Below are positions 1 through 10,712 of a DNA stretch of 64,000 nt, one piece after another. Position 1 is the stretch's first letter. Every line of letters starts with the position of its first letter. This DNA is from Vicugna vicugna (taxonomy: Eukaryota). The DNA lies in the NCBI GenBank assembly GCA_013265495.1, contig MU058213.1:1364001-1428000 (forward strand), read 5' to 3'. The notes below the pieces were generated by a model that did not search any database, had not been told where the DNA came from, and saw only the letters and a program-made list of their open reading frames with translations. The position numbers and the translations under genes are program-made.

Positions 1-2029
1 CAAATGGTCAGTCACCATTTGTTGTTTTTTTGAGGGGGGAGCATGTTACGAAGCTTAAGCATACAAGACTGGCCCATTTTTAAAAAGGTTTGCTAGGTTT
101 CCTGTGTGATAGTGGCTCCTCGGGAAAGCTATTCTTTCATGCAGCAGCCGCGCCAGCATTGATCAGTGGGAAAGTTCAAGGCGGCAACTCATCAAGCACA
201 GCTTCAATACCAGATTCCAGACAAGGTCTGCAATAAATAAGAGCAGTAACAAAGAATCATATTTCCTTCTCGCACAGAAAATCAGCAGTGACATAGTTCT
301 AAATTTCAGGGTTCAGGCATGGTGTCTTCTCCCTGCACTGCATGTTGAAAGCAGGATGGCTTTCCTAAGTTACATCGAGATGCATTTTAACCATCCTTTT
401 CTTAGAAACAGAATTAAAATGTAATTTTGAATTTTGCAGGTTAATTGGGGATTTTTCAGCTTGTGCACTGATTATCGTTTACGTTGTTCAAATAGAACCT
501 GTATTGTTAAAAACATGATTTAGATTTTCTCACATTTGCTTTAATTAACTCATCTCCCTTTCCCTTCTGACTCCTCTCCCCCTAATAGTAATGTTGAGAT
601 TTCCATGTGAACATACAAAAAGAACAATCTTTTGCTCTAAGTAGATAGGGAAATTTTTTTTCAAATGGCAGTTTTATAGAAAAATATACACCCTATGAGT
701 CCCTCACGGATTATTGCTATTGATTTCTTGAAACGTGGAAATGTTACCAGATGGGGTGTTAGGAATAGGTGTGTGGGTGCAAATGCAGTTTATTGCTTGT
801 TGACTAAAAATCAGCGAAAACTTCACCATTTGTGTGCTTGTGTTGCATGTAAAGGTGAATTTTAATCCCAAACCAGTCCTTAGATAAAGCTTTGTGTGAC
901 GCAATAAGCAATATTTTTCGGATAAATTCATATTTGAAAGAAATAAGCTTTATGGTAGACTCAAAACATAAAGATTTCAAGCATTTGTTCTCTCTGGCTT
1001 ACTAAAACACTGTCATTTAAAGCTAATGCAATCAATGCAATTTACTTATTGCAATCAGATTTCTGTTGTGACTATTTTCATCTCCATATCCTCTGCAGTC
1101 TGCTTCTTTGGGCTTCCTCTGGGTGCTCTGCTCGAGGAAGTGTAAATCGAATTGCTGCAGGTTTCTGGAAGCTAGGTGCCTGTGTGCAGCACGCGGCCAC
1201 TGAGCTCAACCCTCAGGGATGCACCCATTAGGAAAAAAGATGCTGACCTTCTGTCACTCTCCCTCTCCTCCCTTTTAATGATTCCTTCTCTATCCTTTTG
1301 AGAAGATCTTTCCAGCCCTTTGACCCCTGTTAGAAGAGAAAGGCTTAAACAGCTAAAAGTACCCTCAATCTCAAGGCTTGCCAAGGAAAGCTCAAGAGGC
1401 CTTTTAGGAAATGCCAAAAGACAGGAGCCTCTGTTTTCAGTGCATGTAGAAGGCAGATCCCACCCCAACACCATTTCCCTCCTCATTTATTTTATAGAAC
1501 CGACCAGTTTGTGTGGGAGAAGGCCTCCTGCCTCCCACCTCACTTGTCAGTGCCACCAGAATCGACACATTTGGAGAGTGGCTGACTTTTAATGATAGCC
1601 CTTGGACGGTGTGAGAGCTATTGTGCAGTCTGAAAAAAAGCAAGGAAAATGTGTGTCTGAGGTGGGTCACTAGGTTGCTGCTTTGTGGGATCCAAATCTA
1701 GCTTTAGTTTTCCTGTAAAAACAACCACTGCTGGGTTGGTTGCTGCTCTACCCTTCAATGGTGTGATACGGAGTGCAGGATTTCTGAAAGGAGGACAGTT
1801 GTGGATCTCCATGCCTGCATGTGCTTTCTGATGTGACTTTGATTCATACAATTAAAATGGAAGCTAATGCTGGTATTAGGGTATTTTCAAGTGGTAGGCA
1901 TTGTTTCATGTAATAGGATATGTGCATTCAAAAATGTAATTCACGCTACAACTCTGAAAGTGGGAACTAGGAAACTGAGGCAAAAAGATAGTGAATGCTG
2001 TCTTACTATCATAAGAGGCTTTGTATTGA

Positions 2030-2160
2030 AAGTCAGCTTTGCCATTTGTTAGCTTTTGACTTGGGTAAATCACTTAATCTTTCTGATTCTAAATGTCTTA
2101 TCTGCAAAATGGGAATTGTTCATTCCATCCCCAGGGGTATCATTAGAATTAACTGGGATG
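2030..2160 (+). mobile_element. MIR SINE fragment
   Basis: MIR core-like 'tttgccatttgttagcttttgacttgggtaaatcacttaatctttctga...tctgcaaaatggga'. Confidence 0.75.
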
Positions 2161-2915
2161 CATTAGAGTCCTGAGACCAGAGATCTCTACCTCCCTCCTT
2201 TTCACTTTCTCATTTTGACCCCAGCTTCTCTCCAGGTGCCTATCTTTTGGAGGTACTGATGGGGAACAGCAAAAACGGGTGGATTTTAGGCACTATGCCC
2301 AGAGAAAGAGTTGATTTTCAAAGGGATGACTTACTTTCCTCTCTCCAGGAGAAACTGTAGATAATCTTTTATCTGTGTCACAGAAAAGAATCCAAACCTA
2401 GTTGTTTCAGTCAATTACAGTTGAGTTGGGGGCGGCTAAAAGGATTAGGTATTTGACCCTATATTATAAGTTACTTGCTGCCATCTCTTCCGCAGGAAAG
2501 GGAGGAATAAAAGTAGGATTTAAAGTTCGTGTTCTCACTCAGATTAAAGTGACTCCTTCCCAAACTGTTCTCTTTATCTTCAATATGCACATACATGCCT
2601 GTGTGCATGTGTCCCTACAGAGGACACACTCATGTTTTTTGCAATTATGATACATTTAGAAGTAATAGTGTCTAAAGATCTTAAAACTATTTTCCCCTGA
2701 TTACAAAAGTAATGTGCGCTTATTATATAGACTTTGGAAATACAGAAAAACATAAAGAAGATATTAATTTCCTTACACAGCACACAGCAGTAACCTTTAT
2801 ATGCAGCATGTTTTGGTAACTCCAAGTTTTTTCTCTGTGTACACACATACACACACACCCTATAGGCTATTTTTTCACTTAACATTATATTCTGAACATT
2901 TCTCTTTATCATTAA

Positions 2916-3968
2916 TGTATTAATTATTTATTGATGCATAATAAACCACTACAAAACCTAATGGCATAAAACAATAGACGGATTTTATCATTTTCTTCAT
3001 GGTTCTGAAAGTTGGCTAGGCTTGGCTAAGTAGTTCTTGCTCAGGGTTTTTCATGCAGTTGGAATCAGAGAGTGGCTTGGGCTCATTATCTGTGCTTTGC
3101 TTATTCACAGACCTAGAGCCTGGGCTAGAAAGACTTGAACAGCTGGAGGCTGGAACAGCGGGGTTTCTTGGACATTTCTTCTAGTCTCTAATGTGGTCTT
3201 GCTTACATGATAGCTTCTGGGTAGCCATGCTCCCTACATAGTGGCTCAAGGCCCCATGAGTGCATGTCCATAGAAAAAGGCCAGGCTGAAGCCAACTCAC
3301 CTTTTATGACTTCTGCCACATGCTATTCACCAAGGCAGTCACAAAAGCCAACCCAAAAGCCTACAAAAGCTCTCCCCTTGACACACGGACCTCTCAAATA
3401 ATTCATTAATTTCCTATCACTGATGTCATAAATTGAAAATAACATAAATTTATTATCTTACAGTTTTGGAAGTCAGAAGTCTGAAATGGGCTTCACTGGG
3501 CCAACATCAAGGTATTGGCAAGCCCATACTCCTAGAAGGCTCTAGGAGAGAATTTGTTTCCTTGCCTTTTCCAGGTTCAAGAGGCTGCCTGCAGTCCTTG
3601 ACTCTCATGGCCCCTCTAAGGCCAGGAGCCTAGCATCTTCAGATTCCTCTCTGACTAGGACTTTCTGCTGTTGTCATTACATTTTTTTCTTCTGACTGCA
3701 ATCCTTCTACCTCCCTCTTATAAAGACCCTTGTGATTACACAGGGCTCTAGGATTATTTCCTCATCTCAAGATCCTTAGCTTAATCACATCTTCAAAGTT
3801 ACTTTTACAATGAAAGGTAACATATTCACAAGTACCAGGGATTAGACATGGACATCTTTGTGGGGGCTGTTATTCAGCCTACCATAGTGGGAAATGGCAG
3901 GGCTCTGGAGGAGCACATATGATCAGAAGTATTGTTGCAGTCATTTTGGGGAAGTACAGTCTGCCACA
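2916..3968 (-). mobile_element. MLT1F/G-like MaLR solo LTR (contains nested MLT1D)
   Basis: TG...CA ends; reverse complement starts tgtggcagactgtacttcc like MLT1F/G; perfect 5-bp TSD attaa at 2911-2915 and 3969-3973. Confidence 0.85.
3402..3886 (-). mobile_element. MLT1D-like MaLR solo LTR nested in older MLT1
   Basis: 'tttattatcttacagttttggaagtcagaagtctgaaatggg...atctcaagatccttagcttaatcacatct...ttattcagcctaccata' matches antisense MLT1C/D. Confidence 0.85.
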
Positions 3969-4063
3969 ATTAAATAATTTCAGTGGTTGCACAATATTTT
4001 ACTGTATGACTGTCATCATATACTTAACCTTTCTCTATTAGTAAGCATTTAGAGTGTTTCCAA

Positions 4064-4201
4064 GTCTCCCAAGGCAATAGAAATAAAAGCAAAAATAAAT
4101 AAATGGGACCTAATTAAACTTATAAGCTTTTGCACAGCAAAGGAAACCATGAACAAAATGAAAAGACAACCTACAAACTGGGAGAAAATATTTGCAAACA
4201 A
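4064..4201 (+). mobile_element. Young L1 internal ORF2 fragment with TSD and no poly(A) tail
   Basis: Translates as [45 protein letters not shown] (L1 ORF2p C-terminal region); flanked by tagagtgtttccaa (4050-4063) and tagaatgtttccaa (4202-4215). Confidence 0.9.
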
Positions 4202-5804
4202 TAGAATGTTTCCAATATAAAAAGTTCTTTAGAGAACGAACATCACTATAAATAAATATTTGTGTAAATCTCTGATTATTTCCTTAGGATAAATTACTAA
4301 GGATGAAATTATTACATAAAAAATAAGAATATGTAAAAATTGTCAGTTGCCCTCCTGAAAGATGATGCCAGTTTTCTAGCAGCATTATATAAACATGTTT
4401 ATTTTTCTGCATCCTTCAACATTTGTGTATAAAGATAAAAATACTTGGCAAATTTAATAGGCAGAAAACATTGTCTTGATTTTATATACATATATATAGA
4501 TTATTGGTGAGCTTGAACATTTTTTAATATGTTTATTCATGATTTTGTATTTTCTTTTTTGTTCTTTGGGCTGTTCATGATTTTACGTTTGTTTTTTTTT
4601 TTTCCTGCAGGGTGCTTGTATTTTTCTTATTGATTTGCAGAAACTCTTTATATATAAAATGTTAAAGTTTTTTCATTATTGATGCAAATGATAGTCTAGT
4701 ATTATATTTTGTAGAGTAAAATATCTCTTGTAAATAATAGTTATAGCTTTATTTTTATAAAATACAATATCTTTATTTTTTATTTTTTCATTCATTATTT
4801 CTATAATTAAATATTCCTTCTCTTATGTAGATCAGATAAGTATTCATATTCACCCATATTTTCTTCTTGCTGCTTTTTAATTTAACTTTATACTCTGGCT
4901 GTTTAAGTATTATATTTACATATATATTTAAGTCATATTTTATCTTAACTAACAATGTAAAGGAAGAATGGGAAAAGAGAGAGTATAAACAGTTGATTTG
5001 ATTTTATTAGAAATATATTGCAAGCCTGTTTATTGTCCATCTTATTTAGTCAGTTCCCAATTATCTATGGTAAATGGGAGCTGGAAAACAGGAATGAAAT
5101 ATACATCCACTGATAATCCCTCAACCACATTTCAGGACATGTTTATGCTCAGAAACATTCTAATGGCATTACATTTTGAGGGCAGAGCACTCTAGGTGTC
5201 TCTTCATGGTAACATTACAGAGATCTGTGATACTAGTGTCTATTTGGATGACCTTGTTTCTGTGACAGAAACAATCCTTTCACATGACCTGTGAATGAGC
5301 TGCTTTTCTCCAGAGGAACTATGGCTGATGGTGTCTCAGAGGTACATTTTGGTTTACAAGCCCCAATTCTCTAATACTTAGAGATTTATTCTTGTGGGAT
5401 AGATTCTGTCTCTAAGGGAAGTCTTTTAAGAATAACCCCAGACAACATTGCTTTGTGCCATGAGGAATCATTGGAACTGTGAACTTAGTGTATCAAAAGT
5501 GAACAAAACGATTACCTCTTCCTGAGAGGGTGAAACAGAACATGTTCAGATCATAGGGAAGACTGTAAGAATGAAGGAATACAGAATGGTTATAGGATAG
5601 CCCAAGGAAAGGGTTTGGATCAAGTTCTGTACAGGAGGGAGGATCTTGGGGCTGGGTCAGACCAAGGACAATGCTACAGTGTGTCGGCGTGAAAAAAATG
5701 AAAAAATATTACATGTCGAGTAGTCACAGCTTCCCTCCTCTTCATCTCCCTCACCACCCTCAGTTTTGCCAATTTCATTTTGTATCTTTATTCTGTAGAA
5801 TAAT

Positions 5805-6230
5805 AATAATGGGTGAATACATATTTTTGAAGGCTCACTATGTACCAAGACTTGTGCTGGAGATACAGCAGTGAACAAAACGGGCAACAACTCCTACCTT
5901 TATGGAGCTGGTACTCCAGTGAGGGGAGACAAGATAAAGAAGTAAAATATGTAGTATGTCAGATGGTGATAAGTGCTATGGAAATAGAGAAAGCGGAGAA
6001 GGAGGACGTGGGTAGACAGTGTGGGGAGACATGCAGTTTTATCTGGTGTGGTCTGAGAAAGCCTCACAGTGAAGATGGCATTTGAGCAAAGAAGGAGCAA
6101 GACTGAACCAGGTAGATGTCTAGGTGGAGAGTATTTCAAAGCAGAGGAAACAGCCAGGACAAGACCCTGAGGCTGGAGGGCACCTGGCTCATTGAATGGG
6201 CCCCAGAGCACCAACAGAACCAAGGGGTAG
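5805..6230 (-). mobile_element. L2 (L2a-like) 3' fragment
   Basis: 'atatttttgaaggctcactatgtaccaagacttgtgctggagatacagcagtgaacaaaac...gcagaggaaacagccaggacaagaccctgagg' antisense L2 3' end. Confidence 0.85.
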
Positions 6231-6894
6231 ACGGAAGGGAAGATGAGAAAAAAGGAGTCAATAGGGGCTGGATAACTGAGGATTCTGGGGGGGAGTAGTT
6301 TTGGGTGAAAGAAAGGAAAGAAATTTCAGGGACAGATGCCATGTTTGTGGGATAGAGATGATAGTGAAAGGGATTTTAAAAAGCTTTGCTATTTATTTTG
6401 GGTGGTCTTTGGGTAACTTCAGGAAAGATTTAAATTGCTTCATATAGAACTGAACTTCAAGGTTCCTGAGCATATGTGGGTTTCATGAAGTAATCCAAGA
6501 ATTTATTATTATGATGGAGAGACAATATTTGTGTTGGACCAGCAGAGATTGTAGTCAGGAGAGCTGGGTGGTATAAGGTGACAGCATGGTGATAGGAGAG
6601 ACAGCAAGGAAACTGTAATGGGGAAAGTCAAGGTAAATAGGGTAGAAAGTGCTGGATGGTTTAGGGACACATGTCGGAATAGCCTTGTGGTTCTTCGTCT
6701 TGACTGATGGAGACCTGAGTTGGTCTGAGGTGCTGAACTGGCTGGTGGTGAAGGGCCTTTGTCGGAGTAGGAATTTAGGTGGTCAGGCTTGGCAAGGTGG
6801 GGCAGTTAGATGGCAAAAAGTACATAAAAGAGGCCCTGTAAAGGATCTAGGAAGATATAGCCTGACAGCTCTGCTTTATTTAACCAAGTGTCAT

Positions 6895-7000
6895 CTAAAC
6901 TGAGAGATGCCCATCTAGAATGATAGTCCTGTCCTCCAGTGTTTACTGCAGTACTTAGTGCATTGTGGGTGCTCAGTATTTTTTTGAATGGATGAAATGA
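6895..7000 (+). mobile_element. L2 3' tail fragment
   Basis: 'gtgggtgctcagtatttttttgaatggatgaa' L2 terminus. Confidence 0.6.
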
Positions 7001-7130
7001 AGTGTGTTTGTTATGCTAACTTCTATCTGGGCATCCCTCATCCTAGTTTGTAGTCATGTCTCCTTATTCTGTTGCTGCCTGTTGCTACTATGACATTGTT
7101 TCCTTTTATTTTTCCTTTTATTACCTGGAG

Positions 7131-7250
7131 GGTAGCAGATGAGTGAAAAAGAATGTGAACTTTGGAAAAATATAGGCTTGGATTCAAATCCTAGCTCTGC
7201 ACTTCGGGCAAGTGACCCCAGTTTCTTTATTTGTAGAATATGGATAACAT
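7131..7250 (+). mobile_element. MIR fragment
   Basis: 'ttggattcaaatcctagctctgcact...gggcaagtga...cagtttctttatttgtagaat'. Confidence 0.75.
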
Positions 7251-7253
7251 TTT

Positions 7254-7715
7254 TGTGGTTAATTACACTATAGTCAAGAAAATATTCACTCTTCTCTTAC
7301 TCCCCCTCCCACCATGGGAAGAATATACTTTCTCAACCCGTTGATGTTGGGCTTGGCCATATCTCTTGTTTTGGCCTCATGGTGAGAGGAGTGTACTTCC
7401 CTGCACTTTGATTTGGGGCCTGATTATATTATTTGTGAAAGGAAAGGCTTAAGATGTCCTTCTGGAGTTTTGGTTACCTGTCTTTGCTTCTGACTTTTGC
7501 TATGAGAATAATATCTCTGAGTAGCTGCTGGTCCAAAGAGGACGAGAAACAGGTGGAGCAGAAGTGAACCCACCTGCAGCTCAGTCCAGCCTAGATCAGC
7601 CAAACTGCAGCTGTCCCACTGGTTCATGAGTGGGAAATAAATGTTTACTGTTGACTGTCACTTAGTTTTAAGGTTGTCTGTTACACAGTATTATTGGATA
7701 TGACTGATTGATATA
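7254..7715 (+). mobile_element. MLT1 (MLT1I/J-like) solo LTR
   Basis: 'ttgatgttgggcttggccat', 'aaataaatgtttactgttg...ttgtctgttacacagtattatt...gactgattgatata' MaLR LTR hallmarks. Confidence 0.75.
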
Positions 7716-8450
7716 ATGCCTTTTTTCCTTCAGGTTACTCAGTGTCAGAAATCCTGTAAGACGGCTACTTAAACCTAAGTAAAGCTTTCTATCTGCTTCC
7801 AAGGTATTCCAAGGAAAGAATCCAATTTCCTTCCTAGAACTAGGGATCAACTTGGAAGTTTTGGATCCTTTCCCTCTAATGTGCCTACAATTGAAGAAGG
7901 GAGAATAGCTACATTTGTTACCTATATGGCCACCAAGGATAAAGTTCCATGAGACTTGGTTTACCAGATCTGAAAAGCCTTATCGAAATCTTTACTTTTC
8001 TTTAAAGCCTCTCCCCTCTCCAGATCAATCCCATAGGAAAATAATGACTTTACTATTTTGATCTTTAGTCAAGGAGGTTGCTTCTAGTAACTAGATGGCT
8101 GCCAATACTTTCTGATAGAAACCATTAGGAAATTCTTTCAGGAAGGGCCTGTATCCCTTGCTTGGAATACAGAACATGATGAAGATAACTTAAAAACAAG
8201 GTTTTAGAACAGACATGTGAAATTGTTGTCATTTACCTGCAATGATGCAGTGGTGCCTTTGTAAGCTCTTAGCCTTCCTATCTGGACAACCCCACAATGA
8301 TTTTTTCTCCAAGTCACTGTCATTCTCTCTTCCTAGGTACCAGAGCTAGAAGCACAAGTTGTGCAGTTACTACCTTCGCAGTACTCATATGCAGCCCCAT
8401 TAACACTTCTTATGCATGTGCTACACCCTGCAGATTTCTGTTTTCACGTC

Positions 8451-8853
8451 TGTGTTAGTCAGCTTGGGCTGCCTTGACACAGTACCATAGACTGCGTAGC
8501 TTAAACAACAGAAATTAATTTTGTCACAGTTCTGGAGGCTTGAAGTCCACGATCAAGATGCTGGCAGAGTTGGTTTCTGGTGAGGTCTCTCCTCCTGGCT
8601 TGTCGATGGTTGCCTTCTCACTGTGTCCTCGTATGGTCTTTCATCTGTGGGTTCACAGAGAGAGAAAGAGAAAGCTTTCTGCCATCTCTTCCTCTTCTTT
8701 TAAGGACACTGCTATTGTTGGATTAAAGTCTCACCCGTATTACCTCATTTAACCTTAATTACCCCCCTAAAGGTTTTATTTCCAAATCCAGCCACTTTGG
8801 GGGTTAGGGTTTCATCATATGAATTTTGGGGAAATACAAGTCAGTCCACAGCA
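8451..8853 (-). mobile_element. MLT1A-like MaLR solo LTR
   Basis: TG...CA ends; 'taccatagactgcgtagcttaaacaacagaaattaattttgtcacagttctggaggc'; flanks acgtc/atatc compatible with a CpG-decayed 5-bp TSD. Confidence 0.9.
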
Positions 8854-9289
8854 ATATCCAGGTACAGAAAAATAGTAAAAGGAAAGAGAGGACTCAGAAA
8901 TAAGGAAATGTGGAGTTTTGTGTGGCTTAGTGTGCAGAGGGGCATATCTGGCTCAGTGTGAGAAGTTGTACAAAGAGAGAATAAAGGGGAAGAGGGATGG
9001 TCAGTATAGCAATTGCCAGACTAGCTATGATTTGAAATCAGACTTAGCAGAAAATTATCAGGCGTATCAGTCAGGTTGCCTCTGACCTGTCAAAGTTTTA
9101 CATATACAGGTCTCCAAATTGTCAGTAAGTTGGACCAGCCAAGTGCTGAATTAAGGTTCAGCTGGTAACCATTATGGTAGTCATGGCATTTAGCTAATAA
9201 AACAAAGGAAACCAAGCATAAAGGAGCCTAAAGGAGGGAGGTAACAATGGGAAATTTCCCTGGTTCCCTAGTGTTTTGCCTTATGATTC

Positions 9290-9612
9290 CTATTCACTCA
9301 TGCTTCACACCTCAATTTAAATGTCTCATCCTTCGAGAGATCTTCCTTACCTCTGTGGGATTGCTTGAATCCTCCTAACACTCCATCCTCATGACTGTTC
9401 TTCACTTATATCAATGGTAGTGAGATGGTTTGTTATGACATTGGTTGTTTCATGACCATCTTATCTGCACACGTGAGCTCTACAGGTCCACAGGTGAGGG
9501 CAGGTGCATATGTGTCTCATTCACTGTTGTATCCTCAGTACTTGACGTAATGTTGGCCTGGACGAGGTGCTCAATAATGTACGTCAAATGAATGAACAAA
9601 TGAATGAATGAA
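9290..9612 (+). mobile_element. L2 3' fragment
   Basis: 'cattcactgttgtatcctcagtac...gaggtgctcaataatgtacgtcaaatgaatgaacaaatgaatgaatgaa'. Confidence 0.8.
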
Positions 9613-9894
9613 GAGGAAACCCCCAGGATCCATTGAATGAATGAAGAAGGGTAAAGGGAAGCCTTTCCCCTTCTCCAACATGTACTTAAAATTTATTGGA
9701 CAAAATAGCTTGTTAACCTCACTCTCTGGAAGTTCTTCTTCTACGCTCCCACATAGCAGCATTTCATCTCCAGAGCCTTCAATTGCTATGAGTTCCTGAT
9801 ATTTAACTGGCCTGCCCCTCAGAGGGAGGGCTGATCTTTCCTTGAATGCTGGGGCCATTCTTTTAGAAGTTACTTGCCCTAAGTCTGCTGCAGT

Positions 9895-10090
9895 CCTTGG
9901 TAGAGTGGAAAGAGCATGGACAAGTGATCCAGAAGACCTTTATTTGGATCTTATTTTTGCCACTTGGTGTCTCTATGAACTTGGACAAGTCAAGTAATCT
10001 GTTTTCTTACCTGAACACAGAGGTTGCTGAGAAGAGAACTATCATAGTATAATGGATAGTGCTTTGTGCATGGTAAAGTTTCCCGAAATG
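9895..10090 (+). mobile_element. MIR fragment
   Basis: 'tggtagagtggaaagagcatggac...tttgccacttg...tgaacttggacaagtca'. Confidence 0.7.
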
Positions 10091-10524
10091 TTTGTTGTTT
10101 TAAGTGAAAGTGATAATGAGTGCCTCCTCTAATTGACTAGAGCTGGCTTGGGAAGTTCTTATACCAACACCATAATAAAATGTCAGCTGAAGAGGGCTGC
10201 TGATCTGCAAATCTGATAAAATTACTTAATTTGGCCCCTTTTTCAATGACAGTAGTGAAATCTACTGAATAATGGGGAAAGGACGTCAATGAGAAATCAC
10301 ACAGATACGTTGAAACCGCTCACGAAATTATATGTGCCTTCTCTGAGAATGTGGTACCAATAACATTCTAAATAGATGTATTAATGGCAAGGTAAAGAGC
10401 TTCTGCATCTGAAATCTATTCACATCCCTTGATTCTCTGAATGTTTGATGATTTTATTTGGGCTGGTTGGATGATTTGATTCTTCCTCCTGTAGTGGAAT
10501 ACCTACTTTGGGAGTTCTTTGCAA

Positions 10525-10712
10525 TGGAACACTACATGGATTTTGGAATCAGAACTGCTAAGTCTGAGTGACTCTTCAGCTGTGTAAACTACCTGAGCCC
10601 CAGTTTCCTCTTCTTTTAGAAGCAGAGAATTATTCTTATCTCTTGCAGTTTGTTGTGAAGATTAGATGAGATGATACACGTGGGCATTTTCTATAGCACA
10701 GCACTTAGTGTA
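10525..10712 (+). mobile_element. MIR fragment
   Basis: 'ggattttggaatcaga...ctgagccccagtttcctc...ttgttgtgaagattagatgagat'. Confidence 0.75.

Larger units (their letters stand above)
2690..4960 (-). mobile_element. Ancient L1M (L1MC/L1ME-like) 3' region, fragmented by later insertions
   Basis: Degenerate antisense L1 3'UTR/ORF2-end text ('aaagtaatgtgcgcttattat...tttggaaatacagaaaa', 'attatttccttaggataaatt', 'ttcttattgatttgcagaaactctttatatat'); interrupted at 2916-3968 and 4064-4201. Confidence 0.65.
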
